Of a stretch of 64,000 nt of DNA, positions 1 to 22,332 are shown one piece after another. Made by a program: the position numbers and the translations under genes. This DNA comes from the human T2T-CHM13v2.0 reference genome, Homo sapiens, in assembly GCF_009914755.1 (NCBI RefSeq), contig NC_060940.1, one strand, 5' to 3'. The notes beneath the pieces are model-generated. The model did not search any database, was not told the DNA's origin, and saw nothing but the letters and a program-made list of their open reading frames with translations. The first letter of the stretch is position 1, and each line of letters begins with the position of its first letter.

Positions 1-172
1 GAAATCACCCCCCAAACAGGGTCCATGACACATGCTTAGGACACTTCTCCTGAACTGTCACCTTACATGCTGTTGGTAGGAGAGAAAATTGGTACCATGC
101 ATTTGGGGGATGGTAGCTACTAAAATCTAGTTATAATAGCCCTAAGTTGGAAACAACATAAATGTCCACCAT

Positions 173-532
<360 letters not shown>

Positions 533-687
533 TCATACAATGAAATAGTACTTAGCAAGAAAAATGAACATTTATGTTTACATAAAAACATAAATAAATC
601 TCAGAGATATTGTGTTGAGCAAAAGAAGCTAGACAAAAAGAACTTACGTGTTGTATGACTGATACAAGCTTCTAGAACAGGCAAAAC

Positions 688-2760
<2,073 letters not shown>

Positions 2761-2789
2761 TTTTGTTGAGTGCCGCATTGATCCGGTCC

Positions 2790-3560
2790 CTCCCACGCCC
2801 CCTGTGCTTCACAAAAACGTCAGGTCCGAGCTCCGGCGCGGCGGTCTCCTCCTCCGCGGGTCCGGGCCGGAACTCGGCAGAAGGACGAGCAGCTCCTTGG
2901 GGCCGGCAGTCTCCCATCGCACTGAGATTGACACGGCAATGTTTCGGATACTCTGGGTAAAAATTAAATGTCTTACGAAAAGTCCTGTCACCCGTTTCTT
3001 GATTACTTTTTACGGCGGCTTCCAGAACCTTTCGTCAGCGCGAGCTCCATGCCCGGAGGCCGCCGTCACCTGCTCTCCGGGAAGGCCCTGGGCAGGCAGG
3101 CAGCGCGCTGAAGGAGTCCGGGAGCAGATCGTGCGAGAGAGCGCGCGGGCGCCAGGCGCGGGGGCGGGGCCAGACGTGCGTGCTGGCGGGAGCGCGCGCG
3201 CCATGGCCTGAGGCGTCTGGGAACATGCGCGGCGAGGGGACGGGCGGGGCGAGTCCGGGAAGGGGCGGGGCCGCAGCCGCGCCCCTGACTTCCACCGCCT
3301 GCGGGTGAGACCGCCTACCATCGCCCGGCGCGCTTGAGCATGCAAGGAGAGGTGGGATTCCCCTGGCCCGCCCCCAAGCCACGCCTCTGGCCTATGAGAA
3401 CTGAGCTGTCCCGCAGGGACCGAGAGAGGAGCCTCCGCTTTCGCAGGGGCTGGGCGTTCCGGGCGCACTGCGCCCTCTGTTGATCCTCTTAGGAGCTGCG
3501 TGGGGACCGTCGGGCCTGCCGTTTCGCACCTGGCCGAAAGGGGTCGCTGTGCCGGGCCAG
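2790..3560. promoter_or_regulatory. CpG island promoter ~3 kb downstream of TFAP4 (probably the lncRNA LINC01569, from recalled gene order)
   Basis: CpG-dense; GGGGCGGGGC boxes near 3161 and 3263; CCGGAA ETS core near 2867; no credible ORF. Gene identity is recollection, not read from sequence. Confidence 0.7.
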
Positions 3561-3679
3561 ATCCTATGTAAATTTAGCTGGATAATCTCAGCAAAAGAAA
3601 ATTGGCTGCAGTGCAAAGAAGCCAGGCTCAAAAGGCAGGGTTATCCCATTTCTATGACATGTCACAGGTAAGACTATAG

Positions 3680-5958
<2,279 letters not shown>

Positions 5959-6514
5959 TTAGAAGAAGAAATTGAGGCTCAGAGGAAGCGGTTTGTCAGA
6001 GGGGGAACTGACCTCTGGCAGACCAATTCCAGGATCTTAGCACTTAAACACCACACCACGGGGGGGCAGGGGGGTGCTGGGGGGGTGCGGTTGGAGGGGG
6101 TGGGGTTCCCCTTCTAGGGGAGGAGAGGATGAGGCTCAGAGAAGTTACAGAAGCCCAGGAAGTGGCAAAACCTAGGGATTAACCAAAGCGTAGGGACCAA
6201 GCAGGGCCCCTGAACACCTGTGTCCTTTCCCAGGTTTTCGGAATTGGTGGCTTGGTTGTCCTTCTCTCCTTGCCGCCCACCAAAGAGCCACTCCCCAGCC
6301 TCAACACCATCTTCCATCTTTACAGAATACCCAGGGTCATCCCAGGGAAACTGAGGACCCCAATTTTTCATCGCAACACCACACACAAGCTGAGGGAGTA
6401 ACTGTGCTCACACACACCCAGTCCGCTTTGGGGGGCCCAAGGAGCCCCCCTACTCTAGATGGGGTAGCCCTGCCCTGGTCTTCAGGCCAGCCCACACCCA
6501 GGAGACTCAGAATC

Positions 6515-7385
6515 TAAAAAACAAAGTACAAACTTTATTTTGTTTCTTTACAAAGGCACGGTGGCCTCTTGGTTTTTTTCTCCCCACTTTCTTAACAAAA
6601 TATAATAGCTTCTCCTTGAACACGAAGACCTCAAAATTGTAAAAAAAAAAAAAAAAAAGAAAGAAAAAAAAGAAAAACAAAACAAAAACAGAAAGCAAAC
6701 CAAAAAGAAATAAAAAACCAACAACAAACAAAACAAAAAGAGAGAGACAGACATTTTTGGGGTGGAAGATGAGACCTGGAGGCAGAGGTGGGGGCTGGGG
6801 GGTGGGAGAGTGGCGAATTCTAGTGCCGAGATGGGGAAGGGGGAGGGGGGCACAGCAGCAGCAAACCCCAACCAAGAAGCAACGGAGACCTCCGGGCCCC
6901 CAGAATGCCCCAGCCTAGTCTTACCCCCAACCATGTAAGTGCTTAAAGGAGAAAGAAGAAAACCCAAAAAGAGGAGGGAAAGGGGATTGAAGGCTGACAA
7001 TCCCAGGCTGGCTCTGGGCAGGGAAGAAATAACCTGGGGTTTTGTTTAATTTTCCCTGTTCTTAAAAAACATATTTAAAGGAAAAAATGCTTTTTGGCAG
7101 AGAGAGGCCAGGCATCTCCGTGTCAGCTTCCTCCAGCCCCCGGGGCCGAGGCCCCGCCCTGGGGTGCCGATGCTCCCACACGCTCTGCGACACCCCAGCC
7201 CCGGGACCTCGGGTTGAGTGGCTTCGTTCAAAGGTCGATTTACAGTATTGAAAAAGAGGTCATAAAAGAGACCCAAATGACATCGTAATTTTGTAAAAAT
7301 TTCTCACTCATTCGCCCATGTCTCTCCCTGTGGCTGCCCCGGCTCCCTCCAGCCCCCAGAAGGGAGAGGAGGGCTGGGGGGGTAG
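6515..7385 (-). other. TFAP4: TFAP4 3' UTR (~870 nt; 3' end approximate)
   Basis: Repeat-free sequence between the stop codon and AATAAA; U/GU-rich tract at ~6640-6740; several miRNA seed matches. Confidence 0.85.
6534..6539 (-). terminator. TFAP4: Polyadenylation signal AATAAA of TFAP4
   Basis: tttatt on the plus strand, followed on the minus strand by U/GU-rich gtttgtactttgtttttt. Confidence 0.85.
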
Positions 7386-7580
7386 TCAGGGAAGCTCCCC
7401 GTCCCCCGACGGCTCCTCCCGGCTCTGGTCCATGGCGTCACTGTCTGAGGCCTCGGAGTCGGAGGCGGTGTCAGAGGTGGGGGCCTCCGGGCAGCTGCGG
7501 ACAGGCTTCACGATGACAGCTCGCCGCTGCTCCTCCTCCAGCTCCTGCTTTTCCTGGGTGCCCTCGATGTGCTGGATTGC
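7386..7580 (-). CDS. TFAP4: TFAP4 coding exon 7 (acidic C-terminus and stop; 195 nt)
   Basis: Acceptor ccctgtccAG|G; AIQHIEGTQEKQELEEEQRRAVIVKPVRSCPEAPTSDTASDSEASDSDAMDQSREEPSGDGELP-TGA; exon sum 89+166+99+171+141+156+195=1017 nt. Confidence 0.98.
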   Translation of the reverse strand, partial: AIQHIEGTQEKQELEEEQRRAVIVKPVRSCPEAPTSDTASDSEASDSDAMDQSREEPSGDGELP

Positions 7581-7749
7581 CTGGACAGGGACGAACCACT
7601 GAGAAGGCTCGGCCGGGGATACATGGCCAGCCAGGAGACAGTGGGGGCTCTCAGCCAGCCACTGTCACCCCCAAAACACATAGCCCAGAAAAAAGCCTGG
7701 CAAAGCAGCAGGGGAGGCCCGCTAGAGTACAGGAAAAACAAACTCCTTT

Positions 7750-8781
<1,032 letters not shown>

Positions 8782-9420
8782 TAAAGCTTGCCTATTAACT
8801 TATTAAAGGCGTTTGTTATTAATTGTATTACACAATTTGCAAAGTTTATGAGCAATTAAAATTCGAGGAGATTGATGGATTTTTTTTCCTGTTTTGGCTT
8901 TTTTGGTTATTTATTTATTATTTACTGATTTCTGATCTTGGGCTCCTCAAGGGGCCCTGTTCAAGGGTGAATGCAACTGTAACTTCAGGCTTGACCCACA
9001 AAGCTTCCTCCTCTGTAGGAGGCCCAACTATCACCAGCCCTGCCACCTGTATCTCCATCCAGGTCCTAGGAGATGGAGCTGAGACAATGTTCCGGACCAA
9101 CCCAAGAGCTGGATGCAGGAACTCTGTAACCAGGGGGCTCTGGGAGCAAAGGACCCTCTCCGGAAACCCCATATTGAGGGAAGGGACAGTCTTCCTGGCC
9201 AACTCCTCCTACTGGCGTGGTAGGCCCTGCCCCGATCTCTGGCCCTCACATTCTCCACTTGCAGATCCAGGGACGGGGCCCCCCAAGGCTTCCAGCCCTC
9301 CACCCCTTCCCACACAAGCACCATCTTCCTCCGCTTCTGCCCCTCTTTTCCAGTCTCCCCTAAAGAGCCTGTTCCCGGAGTATGACCCCCACAAGCTGCC
9401 CCTTTCTCAAGCTCAGGTAC

Positions 9421-9576
9421 CTGCACGATGGTGTCCAGATTTTGCCGGGATGTGGAAACAGAGTTGATGACCGAGGAGGGGCCCATGGTGACGACATTGA
9501 TGTGGTGGGAGGGAGGAGGAGGCGGTGCTGGCACGATCACCGTGGGGTGGTGGGTGGGGGCCGGAGGGGGCAGAAG
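9421..9576 (-). CDS. TFAP4: TFAP4 coding exon 6 (P-rich, TIV motif; 156 nt)
   Basis: Acceptor tcttgcAG|C; LLPPPAPTHHPTVIVPAPPPPPSHHINVVTMGPSSVINSVSTSRQNLDTIVQ; donor CAG|GTACCT. Confidence 0.98.
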
Positions 9577-9785
9577 CTGCAAGACAGAGGCCCTCAGCCT
9601 TTCTCTCAAGGCTTCTCTTGGCCCATCCACCTCCCTTTCATGCAGAGCTGGCCAATGTATAACTGCCTCTGCCCCTTTATATTAAGAAGCAGAGAGGACG
9701 TGGCCTAGGGAGAGGCTTCCGCCATTCAAGATCACCTGTCCCCTTCCCGGTCCCCAGAGCCCACTCCCGGGCGCCTCCTGCTCAC

Positions 9786-9926
9786 CTGGGTCCGCAGGTG
9801 CTGCTGTTCCCGCTCCAGCTTCTCCTGGTGCAGCAGCCTCACCTGTTCCTGCTGCTGCTGCAGCTGCACCTGCTGCGCAATCACCTTGAGCTTTTCCGGG
9901 TACATGTGGGCCTCCAGCGAGCGCAC
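9786..9926 (-). CDS. TFAP4: TFAP4 coding exon 5 (Q-rich; 141 nt)
   Basis: Acceptor cctccAG|G; VRSLEAHMYPEKLKVIAQQVQLQQQQEQVRLLHQEKLEREQQHLRTQ; donor CAG|GTGAGC. Confidence 0.98.
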
Positions 9927-10289
9927 CTGGAGGCAGGACAACCTGGGCTCAGGGCCAAGGCCGGGAGCACACCCTGCCCTGTCAGTCTCACAGCAGCTCA
10001 TTCACTCCTGCTGAAAACCCTAGCACAGGGCGGGCCCCCCTCAACAGAGGCCAGAAGCCTTTCCAGAGCCCTTCAGCCCCCGGCTCCTCTCGCCTCCCAC
10101 CTCGGCCTCCACTGGACCATGCTCCCTCCTGCCCGAGTCTTTGCCTATGCTATTCCCTCTGCCGGGAACACCTTTCTCTGTCCTTTGGTTAACTATGAGA
10201 CTCAACTTCCCACTTCCATGGAGAAGCCGTGGGGCGTCCCTTGAAAAACCCCTCCTGATGCCACAGCTCCAGCCTGGCCTTCAATATGG

Positions 10290-10909
<620 letters not shown>

Positions 10910-11085
10910 TAATCTCCCCCACCCCAACGCAGACGGTGGCCCCCAAGGGCAGAGACGTGTCTGGCTTGCTCCCCACTCCTAGGCCTGGCACCGCAGTAGG
11001 TGCTCCTGTAAATAGGGCTCCACCGAGGGCCGCAGAGCAAGAGGCGCGACCCCAGGCTCCACGCCCTCTGCACCGCGCGCCGTGC

Positions 11086-11100
11086 CCAGCAGAGGGCGCT
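11086..11100 (+). promoter_or_regulatory. CTCF core motif in intron 4
   Basis: CCAGCAGAGGGCGCT matches the CCASYAGRKGGCRS consensus. Confidence 0.7.
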
Positions 11101-11107
11101 GCCTCAC

Positions 11108-11278
11108 CTGCTCCTCCAGCATCATGCGCACCGAGCGCTCCTTGTCCAGCTGCTGCCGCAGCTCAATCATCTCCCGCCGCAGGTCCTCCGCCTTCTCGTC
11201 CTCCCAGATGTCCGGGGAGCCTATGCCTTCGTCCTTGTCCTCTGCCCGCCGTCGCTTGGGGGACGAGCCGCTCAGCTC
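11108..11278 (-). CDS. TFAP4: TFAP4 coding exon 4 (basic PKRRR motif, DEGIGS degron, leucine zipper 2; 171 nt)
   Basis: Acceptor gtccccAG|G; ELSGSSPKRRRAEDKDEGIGSPDIWEDEKAEDLRREMIELRQQLDKERSVRMMLEEQ; donor CAG|GTGAGG. Confidence 0.98.
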
Positions 11279-11652
11279 CTGGGGACCCCAAGGAGTCGGT
11301 CAGTGTGCCTGACACCTCGGTACCACCACGGAGATTGGGGTTCCATCGCAGCCCCCCAAAGCTGCCCAACACAGGTGAATCTTCATTAGGGAGCCCCTTC
11401 TGCAAGTCCAACAAACCAGCCAAATGCCAGGAGAATGGGCTGCTTTACATAACAGTCACCTGGCTCCTTCCAGAGCCCACTCCACCGCACTTGACCGATG
11501 GGGAAACTGAGGCCGGGGCAGGAAAAAAAGTGCCTGGAAGTACTTGTCAGTGGGCAAGAAGGGGCCTGCAGCCACACCTGAGTCCCAGGCCCATGGCTGG
11601 GTCCAAGGCATGCCCATGCCAGGGAGAGGGAGCCATGAAGGACAGGGCGCAC

Positions 11653-11751
11653 CTGGATGAAGCGCTTGAGCTGTGTGTTCTGCTGCAAGAGCCTGGTCTT
11701 CTCCTGCTCCAGGGAGAAGATGTACTCGGCTGTCTGCTGGAGAATGGCTGC
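11653..11751 (-). CDS. TFAP4: TFAP4 coding exon 3 (helix 2 and leucine zipper 1; 99 nt)
   Basis: Acceptor cgccctcAG|G; AAILQQTAEYIFSLEQEKTRLLQQNTQLKRFIQ; donor CAG|GTGCGC. Confidence 0.98.
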
Positions 11752-11864
11752 CTGAGGGCGTGGAAAAGCCGAGAGTCAGGCTGGCAGTGTTTACCAGAGC
11801 TCACTTTCCTCTCCCAGCGGGAACCTGCCGGCTCCTCCAGGAAGCCCTCCCTGCTCTCACCCAC

Positions 11865-12030
11865 CTTGCTGAGCTTCTCTCCGTCTGTGTGGGGGATGAG
11901 GGTCTTGAGGGACTGGAATCCCGCGTTGATGCTCTGCATGCGTCTCCGCTCGTTGCTGTTGGCGATCTCCCGCCGAATCCGCCGCTCCTGGTCCCGCTGA
12001 GTCTCGGGGGTTAGTGGAATGTTGGCAAGG
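11865..12030 (-). CDS. TFAP4: TFAP4 coding exon 2 (basic region, helix 1 and loop; 166 nt)
   Basis: Acceptor tctctggcAG|C; encodes (S)LANIPLTPETQRDQERRIRREIANSNERRRMQSINAGFQSLKTLIPHTDGEKLSK; donor AAG|GTGGGT; cumulative 255 nt. Confidence 0.98.
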
Positions 12031-12235
12031 CTGCCAGAGAGGACAGGGACAGGCTCGGCCAAGGCGCCCTCTTCATCATTCATCTCCAGAGGGCCCCAGT
12101 GGAAACTGCATCCCTCCCCTGCTGCAAAAGATGCCAGGCCACCCCCAGAGAGTGATGGAGGGGTGCTCTCTGGGACACCGGGGCGGACTGAATCAGCTGG
12201 CTGCGGGTAAGATAGTCCGCTCAGAACCCACCCCG

Positions 12236-12539
<304 letters not shown>

Positions 12540-12564
12540 TCACAGGGAGCAGTCTCTCCTCCGG

Positions 12565-12705
12565 AACAGAATTCCCAGTGTGTCTGAGCATCAAAACATC
12601 CAAGAGCTTAGAAACTATGCAGACGACGGGTGCTGGCCCCAGCGTCTGACTAGCAGGCCCGGTGGGGCCCAGAAACGTGCGTGGTGTGATTCTGATGCAC
12701 GCGGG
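12565..12705. mobile_element. Probable MER5-type hAT-Charlie fragment
   Basis: Resembles the MER5 pattern (gcatcaaaa...tgcaga...ggcccc...tgattctgatgcac); recognised by eye. Confidence 0.45.
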
Positions 12706-13049
12706 ATGCAGACGACATTCAGGGACGCTGTCCCCGCTCCTGGAACACTTCTGAGTGATTTGCTAGGCACCTGGAGCGCCTCTTCAGCGTCTCAGGCTTT
12801 GCCACCCCAGGACTGAGGAAGACGTCCCCACTCCCTTCCTACCCTCACGGCCACGCCTCCCACCACAAGCCCCAGCCCCGCTAGGCTAAGACTTCACAGA
12901 AGACAAGTACCACTCACTCCCCAAAAAGACACCAAGCCAACAACCCCTGGGGACACGGCTCCCCACAGCCCACCCACTCCAAGAGATAGACCCACCCTGC
13001 GCCGGAGAAGCGAGGCTCCCACCATGCTGTGGGGAGCGCTGCTGACCCT

Positions 13050-13350
13050 TGCAGGAGCAGTGGCCAGTGCGGTGAGAAGGCAGCCTGGGGGAAGAGGGCG
13101 TGGCTGCTGGCTGGGGGCGTGGCTTCGGACGAGGGCGGGGCGTGTGCGCCAGGGGGCGGGGCTGCGGGCCAGGGTGCAGAGGCAGCGGTTGTGGGCCCAA
13201 GGCCACGCTCCCGAGGGTTGGGCTTGTGTGTGGCCTGGAGGAGGCATGTCCCCCTCCCTGGACCTCCCCTGCAACTCCCCCCGCCCCTGGCCTGATGGCT
13301 TCCAGATGCTGGGCTCTCAGCAGAGGCTGCCGGCCCCACCCGAAGCCGCA
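13050..13350. promoter_or_regulatory. Intronic GC-box/KLF cluster (enhancer or alternative promoter)
   Basis: GGGCGTGGC at 13096 and 13115, GGGCGGGGC at 13133 and 13154; locally CpG-enriched. Confidence 0.55.
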
Positions 13351-14452
13351 GCCCCGGCCTCTTCCTGAGGGGCCCTCCCGGGGTGCCCTGTTCCAGGACT
13401 GGGCCAAGGGGGCTCATGCCCCTGAATGTGGGAGAACAGGAAAAGGGTTCTGGGCAGCTCCTGCTCCATTGATGAAGGCAGTCTGGGGTCAAGGGGCTGC
13501 CAAGTCTAACTCCCCTGCTGTGTGCCCTGGCCCCTTCGCCAGCCTGCAGGCGGAAAGGAGTTTGCACGGACCCCGGAGGCAGCACATCTGCAACAGCTGG
13601 AAACAGCCGTGGCCTTCCTGGCCCCACCCAGCCTGCCCATCTGTCCAGCCTTGGCTCCCTGTGGGACCCTGGACGCATCGCTGCCCCTTCCCCGGCCTCG
13701 GCTTCCTCTCCCAATAGAGAGGTGTCCAACGCCGGAAGTCTGGATGCAAATCAGCCTCCTTCCGTCCTCATCAAGCCAAGCCCCCTCCTCCATCAGGACC
13801 CAAAGGCCCAGGGCCTGCACCCAGGGTACAAGTCTCTTACAGGGTCTTGAAATGTCAGCACTGCAAAAGGGGCCCGGGCCCCCCACTTTCCATGAGACTT
13901 TAGGGTGCAGGGCAGAGAGGGGATGGTTTTAGGGTCGGTCAGCTGGATGTCAGTGCTCTCACTTCTCCCGGTTCCCCTGCCCTGAAGTGGAGGTGATAGG
14001 GGGACTGGAGCAGGCCTGCTGCACGGCTGTGTGTGGCCCAGCCTTAGGGCGGAGTCCAGGCTCCCAGGCCTGGCACAAACTCAGACCATACCATGTCTGA
14101 GAGGCCAGCAGGCCAAGGGGACCAGGACTGCTCTGCAGTGGGTGGCTTAAAGCTGGGGCTCTTTGGAGGTAAGAGGTGGGAAGAGATGTCCATAGGAAGC
14201 CACAACACAAGGTAAGTGCAATCTTGAGGCATCACCATCCCCCTCAGGAGAGATGTGGGGAGAGACCCCTGCCCACCCAGCCCCTGGGTCCCTCCTGGCA
14301 ATGCCCAAAAGCCAGAGCTGACTAGGGGGTGAAAAGGGAGCACCAAGTCCAGCCTTGGGCCACCTGAGAGCTGGCCCTCCTGGAGGGTCCACAACAGAGG
14401 GATACATTTTTTTTTTTAAGTTTTTGGCGAGAATTTTCTCACTGAATTGTCA

Positions 14453-19517
<5,065 letters not shown>

Positions 19518-20558
19518 ACTGAGTGTCATTTTTACAGCTACCAGGCACTTGCCATACCCATAGCTAATTTTCTCACAGGTGCTCTGTTTCCCAGAGACTG
19601 AGAACCATTAGGCGACAGGTCCAAAACCTGCAGCTTGTGTGTGCAGCACCGTGCCCTACAATCCCCTCTGGCAGGCCTGGGAGACAGAAAGACAGGGAGA
19701 TCCCTGCTGGTCACTGAGGGATGGAGCAAAGCCCACCAGCCTGAGATGACCCTGAGAAGCAAATGCATCTGGCCAGAAGGTCCTGCCTAATGAACACATT
19801 TGATCCCAGACTGGCTTCCCACCTCACCCTGCAACCCCTACTGAAGGTAAACAAATCCAGGGACCCCCAACTCCATGCCTAATGCACAGCTGACAACTGT
19901 CTTGCAATGGACGTTGCCATGTCCAACCCTGGACGAAGGCCCTACACCTTCAAGTCCTTGGCCTACCAAGATCCAGCTACCCTGGGGGACTGCTGGTATC
20001 CTCCAAAGGAACGCTTGGGGCAGGGATAAATTGAAGCCAGAATCTCAGGGGGCCCTGAGAGGACTCACCCAAGGCCCAGGCATGGCAGCCAGAGGGCCCC
20101 CCAACCCTGCCCAGGATCAGGCCCAGAATGTCTTCTCCAGTAGGCACAGCGGCTCAACTGCACCTCCGCGCTGCCCAGCCCAGCCCTGCAGCAGCAGCAA
20201 CCCCAGGACAAGGGTTCAAGTTCCAGTTCCACCACCTGCTGTAGTGGTCCCTTCTCCAGTCTCTGTGTCCGCCTCTTTAAGCGGAATCAAAAGACACTTT
20301 TGACTCATAGAAAGATTATGACAACTCAGTGAGAAAATTCTAGCAAAGTGAGTCCCCAGAACATAAAAAGAGCTCAAGAATTTTTTTTACTTATTATTAC
20401 TGGGCCCTCCAGGTGGGCCTCGTGCAAGGGCCAGCCCTCGGGGCATCCCTGCCAGCTGCCAAACCCATCAACTGGCCCAAGTCTAGGTATTGACTGGGAA
20501 CTTCAGAGTAGCCTTAAGGTGGGGACCCCCGGGGCAGAGGGTTGGGCAGGAGTGTCTA

Positions 20559-21720
20559 CACGTGTGCAGCAACCTTCCCTCCAGGCCGGATTCTGCAGGC
20601 GCTAGCGTCCACCAGCCTGTGCCACACCGGCGGGCTCCTCCTCCCTCAATCCCCGCCCAGACTGCCTCGGGCGGCAGAGCACGTGGCTCCAGCCCTGGGG
20701 AGCCATTTCGCTCCTGGAGCAGCGCGGCAGGAAAGGGGCCACAGGTCCCAAACTTGCGCACGCCGTAGGACGCCCACCTCCCCCACACCACGCCCAGGGG
20801 GTCGTTCAAAATGCAGATGTCCGGGCCCCAGCGATCAGAGTTCCAGGCATGTGCATTTTAAGAAGTGTGCGGGGTGGTTTGGCTGTGTGTGGTCCTTGAG
20901 TCCATCACCCTTTGGGTTTAGAGCAACCTAGGTCCAAAGCTTGCAAAGTGGCTTCTGGGGAGGCCTGCGGACCTCGGGCCACCCACCCGGCTGGGGGACC
21001 CGACGCTTTCGGTTTACGGCAGGGGGGAGGGGCGTTGGATGGGAAAGTTTGCAGAGGAAACCCACGTGCGGCGGGAAGCTGCCCTGCGAGGCTAGGGGCG
21101 GCCTCAGGTGTCCCTTCCCCAAATGGCCTGCCCACCTGGCCTGCCTTGCCCATCGTGCCCGCGGGGGCCGAGCTTTGTGCAGGGAAAGCGTGGCCCAGGA
21201 GCGCCTACAAATCCCACAATGCTGCACCAGCAGGACACGGAGAACTACAGCTCCCGCGAGGCCGCGCGCAGAGGTCCGCCTACTCCAAGAGGGCTGCAGA
21301 GTCACGTCCAGGCCTCGCTAGTAAACAGCGCCCGGGCGCGGGCGGGCGAGCGAGCGGCAGCCAACGTGCCCCGGGCCGCGGCGCCCCTACCGGCCGCGCG
21401 GGCCCCTCGGGGTCCGCCCACCCCCAACACCCACACGCGAGCACGCCCCCGACCCCGCTGCAGCCCCGCTCTGCAAACACGCACAGTGCCCGGCTCCCCG
21501 CCCCCACCCCGCGCCGGGAGCCGCGGCATGGCTGCATTGTAGCCGCCCTAGCTACACCCCCACGCGCGCCCCGGGCCCCCAGACCCCCTTGGATGGGGAC
21601 GACCTCAGATCCCGAGGAAGGAAGGAGAGGAAGGAAGCCGCCGCAGGAGGGGGAAAGAGGAAGCGCGGGGGGGAAGGCCACCAGCACCAAGCATGGCCGG
21701 GACTGCTGCAGAACCACGTG
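20559..21720. promoter_or_regulatory. Four canonical CACGTG E-boxes in intron 1 (MYC/MAX type)
   Basis: CACGTG at 20559, 20680, 21063 and 21715; TFAP4 is an established direct MYC target through intron-1 E-boxes. Confidence 0.85.
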
Positions 21721-21986
21721 GGTCTGTTTGCAATTTACAAACGTCGCGACTCGCCCGCCTGCAGCGGACAAAAGTGGCCGGGGCCGCTTGGGGCCCCCAT
21801 GCTCCAAGGAAGGAGGGTCCCGGGGCGGCGCGGACCCGGCGTGTGGGGCTGCAGCCGTCCCGGCAGCTAAGAAAGGCTAGCGGGGTCGGCGGCGCGGGCC
21901 ATGCGTGCGCACACGCGCGCCCGCCCGGGCGGGCTGGCCGGGGGCTGCAGTGGTAGGAAGGGGGTGGGGGGAGGAGGAGTACACAC

Positions 21987-22075
21987 CTACAGAGCCCTCC
22001 TATCACTTCTTTCTCTGTTTTCCTGAAATGTTGCAAAGAGGGCACCTTCTGAGTGGGCACCATGAAATACTCCAT
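21987..22075 (-). CDS. TFAP4: TFAP4 coding exon 1 (aa 1-30, 89 nt)
   Basis: ATG at 22075 gives MEYFMVPTQKVPSLQHFRKTEKEVIGGLC, the AP-4 N-terminus; donor AG|GTGTGT at 21987/21986; phase 2. Confidence 0.98.
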
Positions 22076-22278
22076 AGCGATCGGCCCCCCTCCTCTGCAC
22101 GAGCCAGGTCCCGCGATCAGCCGGAGAATGCAAGATGGAAATCCGAATCAAAGGGCAGCGCCGGACGGAGGTGCAGAATCGGCCGGTCCCAGATGCTGGC
22201 GGCGGCGGCGGCGGCGAGGGGAGGGAGGCGGGCGGGAGGGGCGGGAGGGAGGTCTCTCCGGCCTGCCTCCCCGGGCGT

Positions 22279-22332
<54 letters not shown>

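Noticed and set aside
2915-3030. AT-richer patch within the CpG island, considered as an snRNA/snoRNA copy
   Set aside because: No recognisable C/D, H/ACA, Sm-site architecture or known RNA similarity by eye
6709-6714. Plus-strand AATAAA suggesting an antisense transcript end
   Set aside because: Lies inside a low-complexity A-rich tract with no downstream GU element; expected by chance
10936-12000. 354-aa plus-strand ORF
   Set aside because: Antisense shadow of GC-rich TFAP4 exons 2-4; non-ATG start and no recognisable domain
20912-21880. 322-aa plus-strand ORF and other P/G/R/A-rich ORFs in CpG islands
   Set aside because: Stop-codon scarcity in high-GC DNA; overlapping ORFs in all frames and low-complexity products
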